64,000 bases of DNA. Origin: Candidatus Latescibacterota bacterium (GTDB lineage Bacteria; Latescibacterota; UBA2968). Below the pieces are notes generated by a model. That model was not told the DNA's origin. It ran no database searches and worked only from the letters and a program-made list of their open reading frames with translations. This document shows positions 38,937-47,525 of this stretch, piece after piece; the first letter of the stretch is position 1, and each line of letters begins with the position of its first letter. The stretch is taken from positions 3,072,001-3,136,000 of the forward strand of contig OZ242010.1 of assembly GCA_965204745.1 (NCBI GenBank), given 5' to 3'. The position numbers were made by a program, and so were the translations under genes.

Positions 38937-40922
38937 ATGGCGCAATCCCAATACATTCCCGACCTGCCGAGTGCAGAAGACCCGATCAGGAAAACGGCGG
39001 TGCTGGCGATAGTGGGCACGCTGGTATTTACCTGCGTGATGTCCACGTACATCGAACTGAGCACGCGGTCGGCCCTGCTGGCCATGTCGAATTTGCCGAT
39101 GACCGTGCTCCTGCCATTTGTGTTCTGGTTGCTGGGCAATGCGGTCTTGAAGCGGTTCTGCCCGCGCTTGTCCCTCTCGTCTTCAGAAATGCGCGTGTTG
39201 TTTTGCCTCGTGTGGATCGGCGGGTTATTTGCCGGGTTCAACTGGGCAACGCAATGGGCCGGCATGATGGCGGCGCCGCGGTATTTTGCGTCGCCCGAAA
39301 ACCGCTGGGAAGAATTGTATTTTGACGACTTGCCCGCCTGGATGCTACCGCTCAACAGCCCGGGCGTGGTGAATGGCTTTTACCAAGGGGTGTGGTCTGG
39401 CGTGCCATGGGGCGCGTGGCTCGCCCCGCTTTTTTGGGCGGGGTCCATCGCGCTGGCGATCACGGCCGTGGGCTTGGGATTGACCGCGTTGTTTCAAAAA
39501 CAATGGGCGCAGCACGAGCGGTTGGTCTATCCCCTGGCCGAAGTCTCGTTGGAACTCACCGAGGGCTTTGACCGCAAACCCGGCTGGCCGCCGTTTGTGC
39601 AAACCAAGGTCTTCTGGGTGGGATTTTTGGTGGCCGCGCTTCCCCTGCTGTGGAACATCGGGGCGTACTTCATCCCGGATTTTCCGCGCATCGCAATTTT
39701 CGATCCGATGTTTGGCCCCCAAGGCAGGCGCGGCGTGCAGTTGTCGCGTTATCTGCCGCCCTTTGCGTTTTCGTATCGCATATTGCCCACGCTCTCCGGC
39801 TTCACGTTTTTGTGCGACCTGAACATCTTGTTCAGCATCTGGTCCGTGTTTTTCACCGGCCTCGTCGCGCAATACGGCATGAACCGCGTCGGATTTACCA
39901 TCGGGTTGGAAGGACAGACCGCAGACGGGGGTAGCATCCTGAGCTTGTTCTCCAACGGAGCCATGGCCGGGCTGGCCGCGTGGGGCGTGTGGGCCGCGCG
40001 CGGGCACATCGAGCGGGTCTGGGAACAAGTGAAAAAACCCGTCGCACACGAGGTAGCCGAAACCGCGATCCTCTCGCCCCGCAACACGGTAGTCGCCTTG
40101 GCGGGTGGCCTGCTCTACATGGCGTTCTGGCTGTACCAGTCGGGAAATGGCGCGGTGACGCTCATCTTGTGGATGGCGGCGTTCTGGATCGGCCTGTTTG
40201 TGTCGATGAAATTACTGGCCGCCATTGGCTTTGCGTACTTGTTCCCCTTTTGGGCCGGGGGAACGCCGATCCTGGGCGACATGTTCGTGGGTACGCGCAA
40301 TATGTCCACCGCCACGCTGGTCAGCACGCACATGGTCAATCACCGGTTGCTGGCCGGGTGGCGCGTACCAACGGCCCTGCCCAACATCGACCGGGTGATG
40401 GCGCGGTCGTCCAAGACGAACGGCCTGATCTGGGGCGGCGTGTTGCTCGGCGTGCTGATTGCCGGACTCTATACGATCTGGCTCTGCTACACCTGGGGCG
40501 GTGCCAGTTTTCACTCGTGGGCATTGGAGGGGTCCGCACGCGAGCGGTACAACATCATCGCAGGCGAGGTTGCGAACGCGGACCGCTCGGTGCCAGATCC
40601 AGAAAAAATCGGCGTGTACGCGCTCGGCGCGGTGGGCGCGTTGGTATTTGCCGTGCTCCAAGCGCGGCTACCCTGGTGGCCCATCCATCCGATAGGGCTG
40701 ATGGTGATGTATAGCTGGCAGTTGCGGATTTACGTCTTTAATATCTTTTTGGTCTGGTTGGCCAAGTTGCTCGTGCTGAAATTTGGCGGCATCCTGCTCT
40801 ACCGCCGGGTGCGCCCGTGTTGCTACGGCCTGATCGTGGGATTCGCATTCGCCATCGGCATCGCCTTCCTCGTCGATGTGATCTGGTTCCCGGACCAAGG
40901 GCACGGGGTTCACGGGTGGTGA
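38937..40922 (+). CDS. Polytopic membrane protein (DUF6785/DUF6784-like putative transporter), copy 1
   Basis: YFASPENRW, QWAQHERLVYPL, WPIHPIG; many TM segments. Confidence 0.65.
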   Translation: MAQSQYIPDLPSAEDPIRKTAVLAIVGTLVFTCVMSTYIELSTRSALLAMSNLPMTVLLPFVFWLLGNAVLKRFCPRLSLSSSEMRVLFCLVWIGGLFAGFNWATQWAGMMAAPRYFASPENRWEELYFDDLPAWMLPLNSPGVVNGFYQGVWSGVPWGAWLAPLFWAGSIALAITAVGLGLTALFQKQWAQHERLVYPLAEVSLELTEGFDRKPGWPPFVQTKVFWVGFLVAALPLLWNIGAYFIPDFPRIAIFDPMFGPQGRRGVQLSRYLPPFAFSYRILPTLSGFTFLCDLNILFSIWSVFFTGLVAQYGMNRVGFTIGLEGQTADGGSILSLFSNGAMAGLAAWGVWAARGHIERVWEQVKKPVAHEVAETAILSPRNTVVALAGGLLYMAFWLYQSGNGAVTLILWMAAFWIGLFVSMKLLAAIGFAYLFPFWAGGTPILGDMFVGTRNMSTATLVSTHMVNHRLLAGWRVPTALPNIDRVMARSSKTNGLIWGGVLLGVLIAGLYTIWLCYTWGGASFHSWALEGSARERYNIIAGEVANADRSVPDPEKIGVYALGAVGALVFAVLQARLPWWPIHPIGLMVMYSWQLRIYVFNIFLVWLAKLLVLKFGGILLYRRVRPCCYGLIVGFAFAIGIAFLVDVIWFPDQGHGVHGW

Positions 40923-40964
40923 GACGAATAGACAGGGGACCGAGGTCATTTTTGGAGATTTCAC

Positions 40965-42935
40965 TTGGCTCTTTCTCTTTCCCAACAAGCGATCCACGCG
41001 GCGCCTGAACCCAAGGCGGTATCGTGGCGGGCCGTGGTCGCGGGATTGCTGTTGATCGTGGCGTCTGACTACTACATCAACTGGTCCACGGTCATCTTGA
41101 GCGCGTCCAAGAACAACAAGGCCCTGTTTCCGATGGGCCTGTTTTTTCCGTTCGTGGTGCTCGTGGCGGTCAACCTGGTGCTCGAGCGGGCAAACCCGCA
41201 GTGGGTGCTGAATCGCGGTGAATTGTGCGTCGCCCTGGGCATGGGGCTGATTGGATCGCTGTTCCCGTTCTACGGATTGGCGTCTTACGTGGTCGGCGCC
41301 ATTGCCGCGCCCTATTATTTTGCCACCCCGGAAAATGGCTGGGCAGAATTGCTGCATCCCAACATGGTCTCCTGGCTGGTGATGAACAACGAAGACAGCG
41401 CGGTGACGTGGTTCTACGACGGACTCCCTGCCGGGCAGGGCATCCCCTGGCAAGCGTGGGCCGTGCCCGTGTTTTGGTGGATGACCTTTGTCGGCGCGGC
41501 AGCGTGCGTGGCCCTGTGCCTGATGGTGCTCTTGCGAAAACAGTGGGTCGAAAACGAACGCTTGGAATTTCCCCTGATGGAAGTGGGCCTGCGCGTGGCG
41601 AATTTGGGCGAACGCGAAGCGGGCACGCCAGCCTTGCTCGGGCAACGGCTTTTCCGAATCGCATTCTGGTTCGGGTTTTTCGCCGTGGTTTGGAACATCG
41701 TCTCGTTCTTTTTTCCCGTGATGCCGGGCCTGCCCACCACGCACACCGAGGGCGAGTGGTTTCTGTGGCTCGAGGGGGCCAAGCCCTTCTGGGTTCAAAT
41801 CAGCATCTACGTGGTGGGCTTTGCCTATTTCGCGCGCGTGGAAACCCTGTTCAGTTTCTGGCTGTTCTTTTTGTTCACCGAGATCGAAGTGGCGACGTTT
41901 GACCGGCTGGGCATTGCGGCCGGGCACGGCGGCGGCGAGGCCGTGCGGTCGCAGAATTTCGGGGTCCTGTGCGCCTATGTCATGTTCGGGCTGTGGATGG
42001 CGCGGGCGCATTTGAAAGCCGTGTTCCGCAAGGGCTTCAAGGGCGCGTCCGATGTGGATGACACCCGCGAGGCGATGTCCTACCGCGCGGCGATGATCGC
42101 GCTGGTGGCGGCCCTGCTGTACATGGTGGCGTGGTTGCACGCGGCGGGCATGGAAGTCCGCGTGGCTACGTTGTACTTGTTTTTTACGGTGATGGCCTAC
42201 ATTGGCATGGCGCGGTTCGCAGCAGAACTCGGCCTGCCCTACGGCGATATTGCCTACAATGCGATAACGTGGACGCCCCTCCACCTCATGGGCGGGCAAA
42301 CCGTGGCCGCCTCCACCTTGACGTGCCAAGGCTATCTGTGGGCCATGTTCGGGAAGACCCGCGGATTTCTGGGGCCGCCCATCGCGCAAATGCTGAAATT
42401 GACCACCCCATTCCGCGTCGAGCGCGGGCGCCTGTTCGGCGCGATTGTGCTGGCCGTGGTGGCGGGCGCGACGTTCGCGGTGCTGCACGCGATATCCATG
42501 GGCTATTCCTCGGGGGGGTTCAACCTGCGAGCCGCGTGGAATTTGTTGATAGGCCCGCAACGATCCTACGATATGGCCATCACTTGGATGCGAAACCCCG
42601 AGGCGCCAGACGTGGAGCGGATGCTGTTCATGGGATCCGGCGTGCTCATCACAGCCGTGCTCACCTATTTGAAATACCGCTTCGTCCGCCTGCCGCTCCA
42701 TCCGGTCGCGCTGATGCTGCAAGGCACGTATATGGCGCAAAAGACCGTGTTTTCGGTCTTTTTGATTTGGGCGTACAAATCCATTATCCTAAAGGTGGGC
42801 GGCGCACGCCTGTACAAAAAAGGGCAACCGTTTTTCATCGGCTTGCTCATCGGCTATGCCACAGCGACATTTTTAGCCTGCATCGTGGATAGCCTGTTCT
42901 TTTTTGGACACGGGCACTTGGTGCATGGGTTTTGA
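40965..42935 (+). CDS. Polytopic membrane protein (DUF6785/DUF6784-like), copy 2
   Basis: YFATPENGW, QWVENERLEFPL, LPLHPVA; paralog of copy 1. Confidence 0.65.
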   Translation: MALSLSQQAIHAAPEPKAVSWRAVVAGLLLIVASDYYINWSTVILSASKNNKALFPMGLFFPFVVLVAVNLVLERANPQWVLNRGELCVALGMGLIGSLFPFYGLASYVVGAIAAPYYFATPENGWAELLHPNMVSWLVMNNEDSAVTWFYDGLPAGQGIPWQAWAVPVFWWMTFVGAAACVALCLMVLLRKQWVENERLEFPLMEVGLRVANLGEREAGTPALLGQRLFRIAFWFGFFAVVWNIVSFFFPVMPGLPTTHTEGEWFLWLEGAKPFWVQISIYVVGFAYFARVETLFSFWLFFLFTEIEVATFDRLGIAAGHGGGEAVRSQNFGVLCAYVMFGLWMARAHLKAVFRKGFKGASDVDDTREAMSYRAAMIALVAALLYMVAWLHAAGMEVRVATLYLFFTVMAYIGMARFAAELGLPYGDIAYNAITWTPLHLMGGQTVAASTLTCQGYLWAMFGKTRGFLGPPIAQMLKLTTPFRVERGRLFGAIVLAVVAGATFAVLHAISMGYSSGGFNLRAAWNLLIGPQRSYDMAITWMRNPEAPDVERMLFMGSGVLITAVLTYLKYRFVRLPLHPVALMLQGTYMAQKTVFSVFLIWAYKSIILKVGGARLYKKGQPFFIGLLIGYATATFLACIVDSLFFFGHGHLVHGF

Positions 42936-43001
42936 ACAGGCGATTTAATTTTTCCGTGTCCGTTTTGTAACTTCGCACATTCGCCAAAAGGAGGCGCATT
43001 C

Positions 43002-43967
43002 ATGGTTGAAAACAGAACGCATGGCTTGACCGAGGGCGAGCGCGATCAGTATGCAAAGGACGGGTTTTTTATTCGTCCGAATGCGTTCAGCACCGATGAG
43101 ATCGATGCGTTGCGCGACCGAGTCGAAGACCTCGTCGAACTCATCGAGACCGCTGAGGTGTTGACGGAAAAACAGAAGCAGGTGATTTTGAAGCGCGATG
43201 TCAAAACCGATGCGACTTCTGGCCCTGCATCCTTGAACAGCATCTGGCGGTTGCACACGTTCAGCGCGTTGGTGCGATCCCATATCCGCGATCCGCGGCG
43301 GTTGGATGTGGTCGCAGAGTTCGTGGGGACGGACCTGTTCTGCCCAAACGACCTGTATTTCTTCAAACCCCCGGGCACGGGACGGCCTATTGCGTGGCAT
43401 CAGGATTCGTGGTATTTCCGAAATACGTACAGCAGCAGCATCGGCGACGCCATCCAACGCGCCACTATTGGAACTTGGTTGGCATTGGATGATGCGGATG
43501 AAGAGAACGGGTGTTTGTGGGTCATTCCCGGCAGCCACCGCTTGGGCGTGGTGGATCACAGCCAGGTCGAGAGCGATGACTATTTGCTGGAAAAAAGAGT
43601 GACCGTGTCGGACGAGATGGAAGCGCGCGCCGAGCCGGTGGAAGTGCCAAAAGGCGCGCTGGTGTTCTTCAACAACGCCCTGTTGCACCGCAGCACGCCC
43701 AACCGATCTAATCGGTTCCGCCGGGCCTACATCGTGCATTATATGAAAGCCACGATTCGGCATATCAAAAACAGGCGATGGGCCCCCGAAGGCACGCAGT
43801 GCTGGAGTACCCCTGAAATGTACATCTGCGGCCAACAATTTCCCGGATGCGTGCAGACGACGCCGGAGAAAGCGTGCATGGACTGGGACAAGGCTTTGGG
43901 ACGAACATTGACAGAACGAGAAATTCGGATTGCCGCGCAACATCGAGGAGACAGCCATGGCAGCTAG
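43002..43967 (+). CDS. PhyH family dioxygenase
   Basis: FKPP, WHQD, ENGCLWVIPGSH, LLHRS..N.S..FRRA. Confidence 0.88.
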   Translation: MVENRTHGLTEGERDQYAKDGFFIRPNAFSTDEIDALRDRVEDLVELIETAEVLTEKQKQVILKRDVKTDATSGPASLNSIWRLHTFSALVRSHIRDPRRLDVVAEFVGTDLFCPNDLYFFKPPGTGRPIAWHQDSWYFRNTYSSSIGDAIQRATIGTWLALDDADEENGCLWVIPGSHRLGVVDHSQVESDDYLLEKRVTVSDEMEARAEPVEVPKGALVFFNNALLHRSTPNRSNRFRRAYIVHYMKATIRHIKNRRWAPEGTQCWSTPEMYICGQQFPGCVQTTPEKACMDWDKALGRTLTEREIRIAAQHRGDSHGS

Positions 43968-45429
43968 GCGGCCCAACATCCTGTACATCATGACCGACGA
44001 CCACGGCACCGGGGCATTGCGTTGCTACGGCAGTCGGATCAACCAAACCCCCAATCTGGACCGCATCGCCCACGGAGGCACGCGCCTGGACAAGTGTTAC
44101 GTCACCTACTCCCTGTGTTCGCCAAGCCGCGCATCCATCTTGACCGGGAAATACGCCCACCTGCACGGGCAGACGTCGATTGGCGGGAATATCTTCGACG
44201 GGTCCCAGCAAACCTTTCCCCAGTTGTTGCAGGCGGCGGGCTACCAGACCGCGATTGTCGGCAAGTGGCACTTGCACAGCATCCCGACCGGGTTTGACCA
44301 TTACAGCGTGATGTGGGGGCAAGGCGCGTATTTTGACCCGAAGTTCATCGAACCCAGCGCGCATGGCCCGGTGTGGAAAGAGAGCCGCGGGTATTCGACG
44401 GACTTGGTGGTTGACAAGTGCTTGGATTGGCTGGCGGGATGCGCGCTTGACAAACCCTTTCTGCTGTTGTGCCATTTCAAGTCGCCCCACTACAACTGGG
44501 AGCCGGACGAAAAGCACGAGGCGATGTTTCAGGACGAGACGATCCCGGAACCCGAGACCTTTGACCACGCGTTTGGAGACAGTCCGGTTCCGCCCGAGGC
44601 ATTGCAGGTCAAGCTGGAAACCGTGCATGAACAATGGAATATCACGCATTGGGACGAGATGCCCGCAGGGTTGTCGATAGCAGAGCAGAAACGCCGGAAC
44701 TACCAGTACTTCATCAAGGACTACCTGCGCTGTGTGGCATCCGTGGATGATAATGTCGGGCGGCTTTTGGATTATTTGGATGAGCGAGGGTTGACCGACA
44801 ATACGGTTGTGGTCTATACCTCTGACAATGGGATGTTTCAGGGCGAACACGGTTGGGTGGATAAGAAGATGATGTTCGAGGAGAGCCTGCGCGTTCCGTT
44901 TTTGATCCGGTATCCCGGTGAAATCGTAGCCGGGTCGCATGCGGATGCTCTGGCGATCAACCTCGACTACGCGCCGACATTGTTGGAGTACGCGGGGCAA
45001 TCCGTGCCGGCGGATATCCAAGGGCGGAGCCTGTTGCCCGTGCTGAGCGGGAACGCGCCAGCGGATTGGCGCACCGCGTTCTACTACCAGCATTTTGACA
45101 TCCACTCAGATGGCGAGTTGGCAAATTGCGGCGTCCGCACCGAGGAGTTCAAGTTGATCTGGTACAACCACAATTACGACCACTACCAACTGTTCGATTT
45201 GAAAAACGATCCCAGCGAGACGCGAGACGTATCCGAAGACCCCGAATACGCCTCAACCGCGCGCGACATGAAAGCCTTGCTGCAATCAGAACGCGCCAAG
45301 GCGGGCTTGACGGACGCGCTGGAAGATCGAATTTTCAACAGCGAAAACATCCCCCAAACCCGCAACCAGATGAACGCGCTGTTGGCGATGATAGACGCGA
45401 ATACCCGGAAGGCGGAAGGGAGACAGTGA
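43957..45429 (+). CDS. Formylglycine-dependent sulfatase
   Basis: PNILYIMTDD, CSPSRASILTG, GKWHL, YTSDNG, FEESLRVP. Confidence 0.92.
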   Translation: MAARRPNILYIMTDDHGTGALRCYGSRINQTPNLDRIAHGGTRLDKCYVTYSLCSPSRASILTGKYAHLHGQTSIGGNIFDGSQQTFPQLLQAAGYQTAIVGKWHLHSIPTGFDHYSVMWGQGAYFDPKFIEPSAHGPVWKESRGYSTDLVVDKCLDWLAGCALDKPFLLLCHFKSPHYNWEPDEKHEAMFQDETIPEPETFDHAFGDSPVPPEALQVKLETVHEQWNITHWDEMPAGLSIAEQKRRNYQYFIKDYLRCVASVDDNVGRLLDYLDERGLTDNTVVVYTSDNGMFQGEHGWVDKKMMFEESLRVPFLIRYPGEIVAGSHADALAINLDYAPTLLEYAGQSVPADIQGRSLLPVLSGNAPADWRTAFYYQHFDIHSDGELANCGVRTEEFKLIWYNHNYDHYQLFDLKNDPSETRDVSEDPEYASTARDMKALLQSERAKAGLTDALEDRIFNSENIPQTRNQMNALLAMIDANTRKAEGRQ

Positions 45430-45450
45430 TGACGCAGATAAACCGATAAG

Positions 45451-46003
45451 GCGTTTGGTCATTTGATGGCTTAGGTTGCTCTGATGGCATTGACCGAGGG
45501 GACCTATCCCCCGGCCCCTTTCCTACGAGGAAAGGGGAGTAAAGCTCCTTTGATGGCTTATATCTCTGGTTGCTCGGATGGCATTGACCGAGGGCATAAA
45601 GCGATTAAAAATCCCTCATCAATACCCTCGCAAAACCGCTCACCGTTCCCCCCTTCCTCGCAGGAAGGGGGGTTAGGGGGGTAGGTCCCGATATGGCGTT
45701 GACCGAGGGCATAAAGCGATTAAAAATCCCTCATCAATACCCTCGCAAAACCGCTCACAGTTCCCCCCTTCCTCACAGGAAGGGGGGTTAGGGGGGTAGG
45801 TCCCGATATGGCATTGACCGAGGGCATAAAGCGATTAAAAATCCCTCACACCATCCCTCGCAAAACCCATTCGCGTTCCCCCCTTCCTCAAAGGCACAGG
45901 CGTAGCCTACAACGAAGCGAAGCGAGTAACGGGGGTTAGGGGGGCAGGTCCCGATAAGGAGCGACTATTCCAGTTTCTCAAACCGAGAGCATATTCTGCG
46001 ATA
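45451..46003 (-). repeat. TIR-less MITE interior with 115-bp unit triplicated (45578, 45693, 45808)
   Basis: Homologous to the MITE interiors at 2264-2684 and 17387-17821; unit begins atggc(a/g)ttgaccgagggcataaagcg. Confidence 0.85.
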
Positions 46004-46008
46004 AGGAG

Positions 46009-46983
46009 ATGACGATGCTCACCCCCAAGCAGTGCGAATCGTATCGGCGAGATGGCTACCTCTTGGCCCCTGACCTTTTCTCAAAAGACCGACTTCTGCC
46101 AGCCCTTGAAGTCGCAGAACAAAATGCTTATGGCAAATGCTTTGAAGCCTTTAATGCGGAATTGGACGCCGATCCAGAACTCGAGGAGACCTTGACCCGA
46201 CCGACGGGGCGGCGCAGCTTTGGCGGGCCTCGGGCGCGGTTTCACGACATTCCGACCGGTGTCGATGCCATTGATCGGATCATCGAACACGAACCGTTTT
46301 TAGACGCGCTAGCGCAACTCTTGGACACCCCGGACATGCACTACCACCACGGCTTTGTGTACGTCCGCAGCGGGCGTTTGGACCGAGGAACGCCCAAAGA
46401 GCCTTGGGCCGGCTTCCACATCGACTGGGCCAAACCCTTGCTCCCTCCGCATCCAGAATGGCAACGCTACGGTCATATCCAAGCCTGGGTTTATCTGACC
46501 GACAACGACGCGGATTGCGCCCCCGTGCGCGTGTTGCCCGGCGCGCATCGCAAAATGGGCGACCTCATCCGCGACCCAATCGGCACCGAGCACAACTCAT
46601 ATCGCTTTGCCGACATTCGCAATCTTCCGCACAAATTTGAACCGGTTACCGCAACCGGAAAAGCGGGCACCGTACTCTTTTACAGTTCGCACACCCCGCA
46701 TTCGCCACAGCCATTTGCCAACCCGCGCAAACAACGCGCCGTACTCTTTTTCGCAGTGGGACGCAGAGACACCAGCACTTGGACGCTCACGGAAAAGAGA
46801 GACATTCGAGAACGCCAACGCCTGCGCCCCTTCTTGACAAAAACCACAGCGCGAGTTCGCAGCCTCTTTGGCTGGCCCAAACCCGGCGACGCCTTTTACA
46901 CCTCGGAGGCCCTGCACCTCATTCAAAACGCCTATCCAGAAATGGACCTCAGTCCATATCACAAGGAAAGGATTGCCAAGTGA
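46009..46983 (+). CDS. PhyH family dioxygenase
   Basis: YRRDGY, FHID, VLPGAH, GTVLFY...H...R. Confidence 0.8.
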   Translation: MTMLTPKQCESYRRDGYLLAPDLFSKDRLLPALEVAEQNAYGKCFEAFNAELDADPELEETLTRPTGRRSFGGPRARFHDIPTGVDAIDRIIEHEPFLDALAQLLDTPDMHYHHGFVYVRSGRLDRGTPKEPWAGFHIDWAKPLLPPHPEWQRYGHIQAWVYLTDNDADCAPVRVLPGAHRKMGDLIRDPIGTEHNSYRFADIRNLPHKFEPVTATGKAGTVLFYSSHTPHSPQPFANPRKQRAVLFFAVGRRDTSTWTLTEKRDIRERQRLRPFLTKTTARVRSLFGWPKPGDAFYTSEALHLIQNAYPEMDLSPYHKERIAK

Positions 46984-47070
46984 AAAATGCCAACCTCCGG
47001 TACAGACAAGTTCATCTAAATTTTCACACCTCGGAACACTGCCCAAATGTCGGCGGGAAGTTTGACGAGG
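46899..47070 (+). repeat. 172-bp direct repeat, left copy
   Basis: Near-identical to 52818-52989; spans the phyH 3' end and the glycosidase 5' end. Confidence 0.95.
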
Positions 47071-47222
47071 CGTGGGATTTTTCAGAAGGGTTGGCGCCTG
47101 TGAAAATCGGTGGCAAGTGGGGGTTTGGATGGGTTGAAGGTGGCAAGTATGGGTTTATCAACCGAGCGGGTGATGTCGTTATCAATCCGCAATTTGACTC
47201 TGCGGGGTCTTTTTCCAAATGA
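46980..47222 (+). pseudogene. Chimeric ORF: first ~30 codons of the GH151-like gene fused to a WG-repeat tail
   Basis: MKNANLRYRQVHLNFHTSEH...KFDE|AWDFSEGLAPVKIGGKWGF...YGFIN...NPQFDSAGSFSK. Confidence 0.75.
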
Positions 47223-47234
47223 TCGCGGGTTTCT

Positions 47235-47260
47235 GGGCGACGCCTATTCTAAAGTCGCCC
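47235..47260 (+). repeat. Array hairpin R1, GGGCGACGCCTATTCTAAAGTCGCCC
   Basis: 7-bp stem; other copies at 49387, 50844, 52262 and 52502. Confidence 0.9.
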
Positions 47261-47525
47261 CTATTTTTAAGAAAGGAGTGGGTGTGGCGGAAAAGCAGAA
47301 GGATTTGAGGTCTGATATAAAATTAGACCAGTGGAAAAAAGTTGTTGATTTTTATGATTTATGCAACAATATTTTCTTTATCGCACTTGCTTTTGTTTTT
47401 GGACTCAGTAAAGCATCAGGTTGGTCAGTGTTATGGACGGGATGGACTCCTGAGATAGTGGGTAAAGATTGGGAGGAATTGGTAGCATTTGTAGGGTATT
47501 GGTTTGGTGTTTCTCATTTTGGAGG

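Noticed and set aside
40668-42740. 690-aa minus-strand ORF (also 29048-30469, 43765-45105, 14085-15182, 57060-58205)
   Set aside because: Antisense shadows of well-supported genes in GC-rich DNA, with no recognisable motifs.
45578-45954. Possible CRISPR array
   Set aside because: Whole 115-bp units repeat with no unique spacers, they are homologous to the MITE interior, and there are no cas genes.
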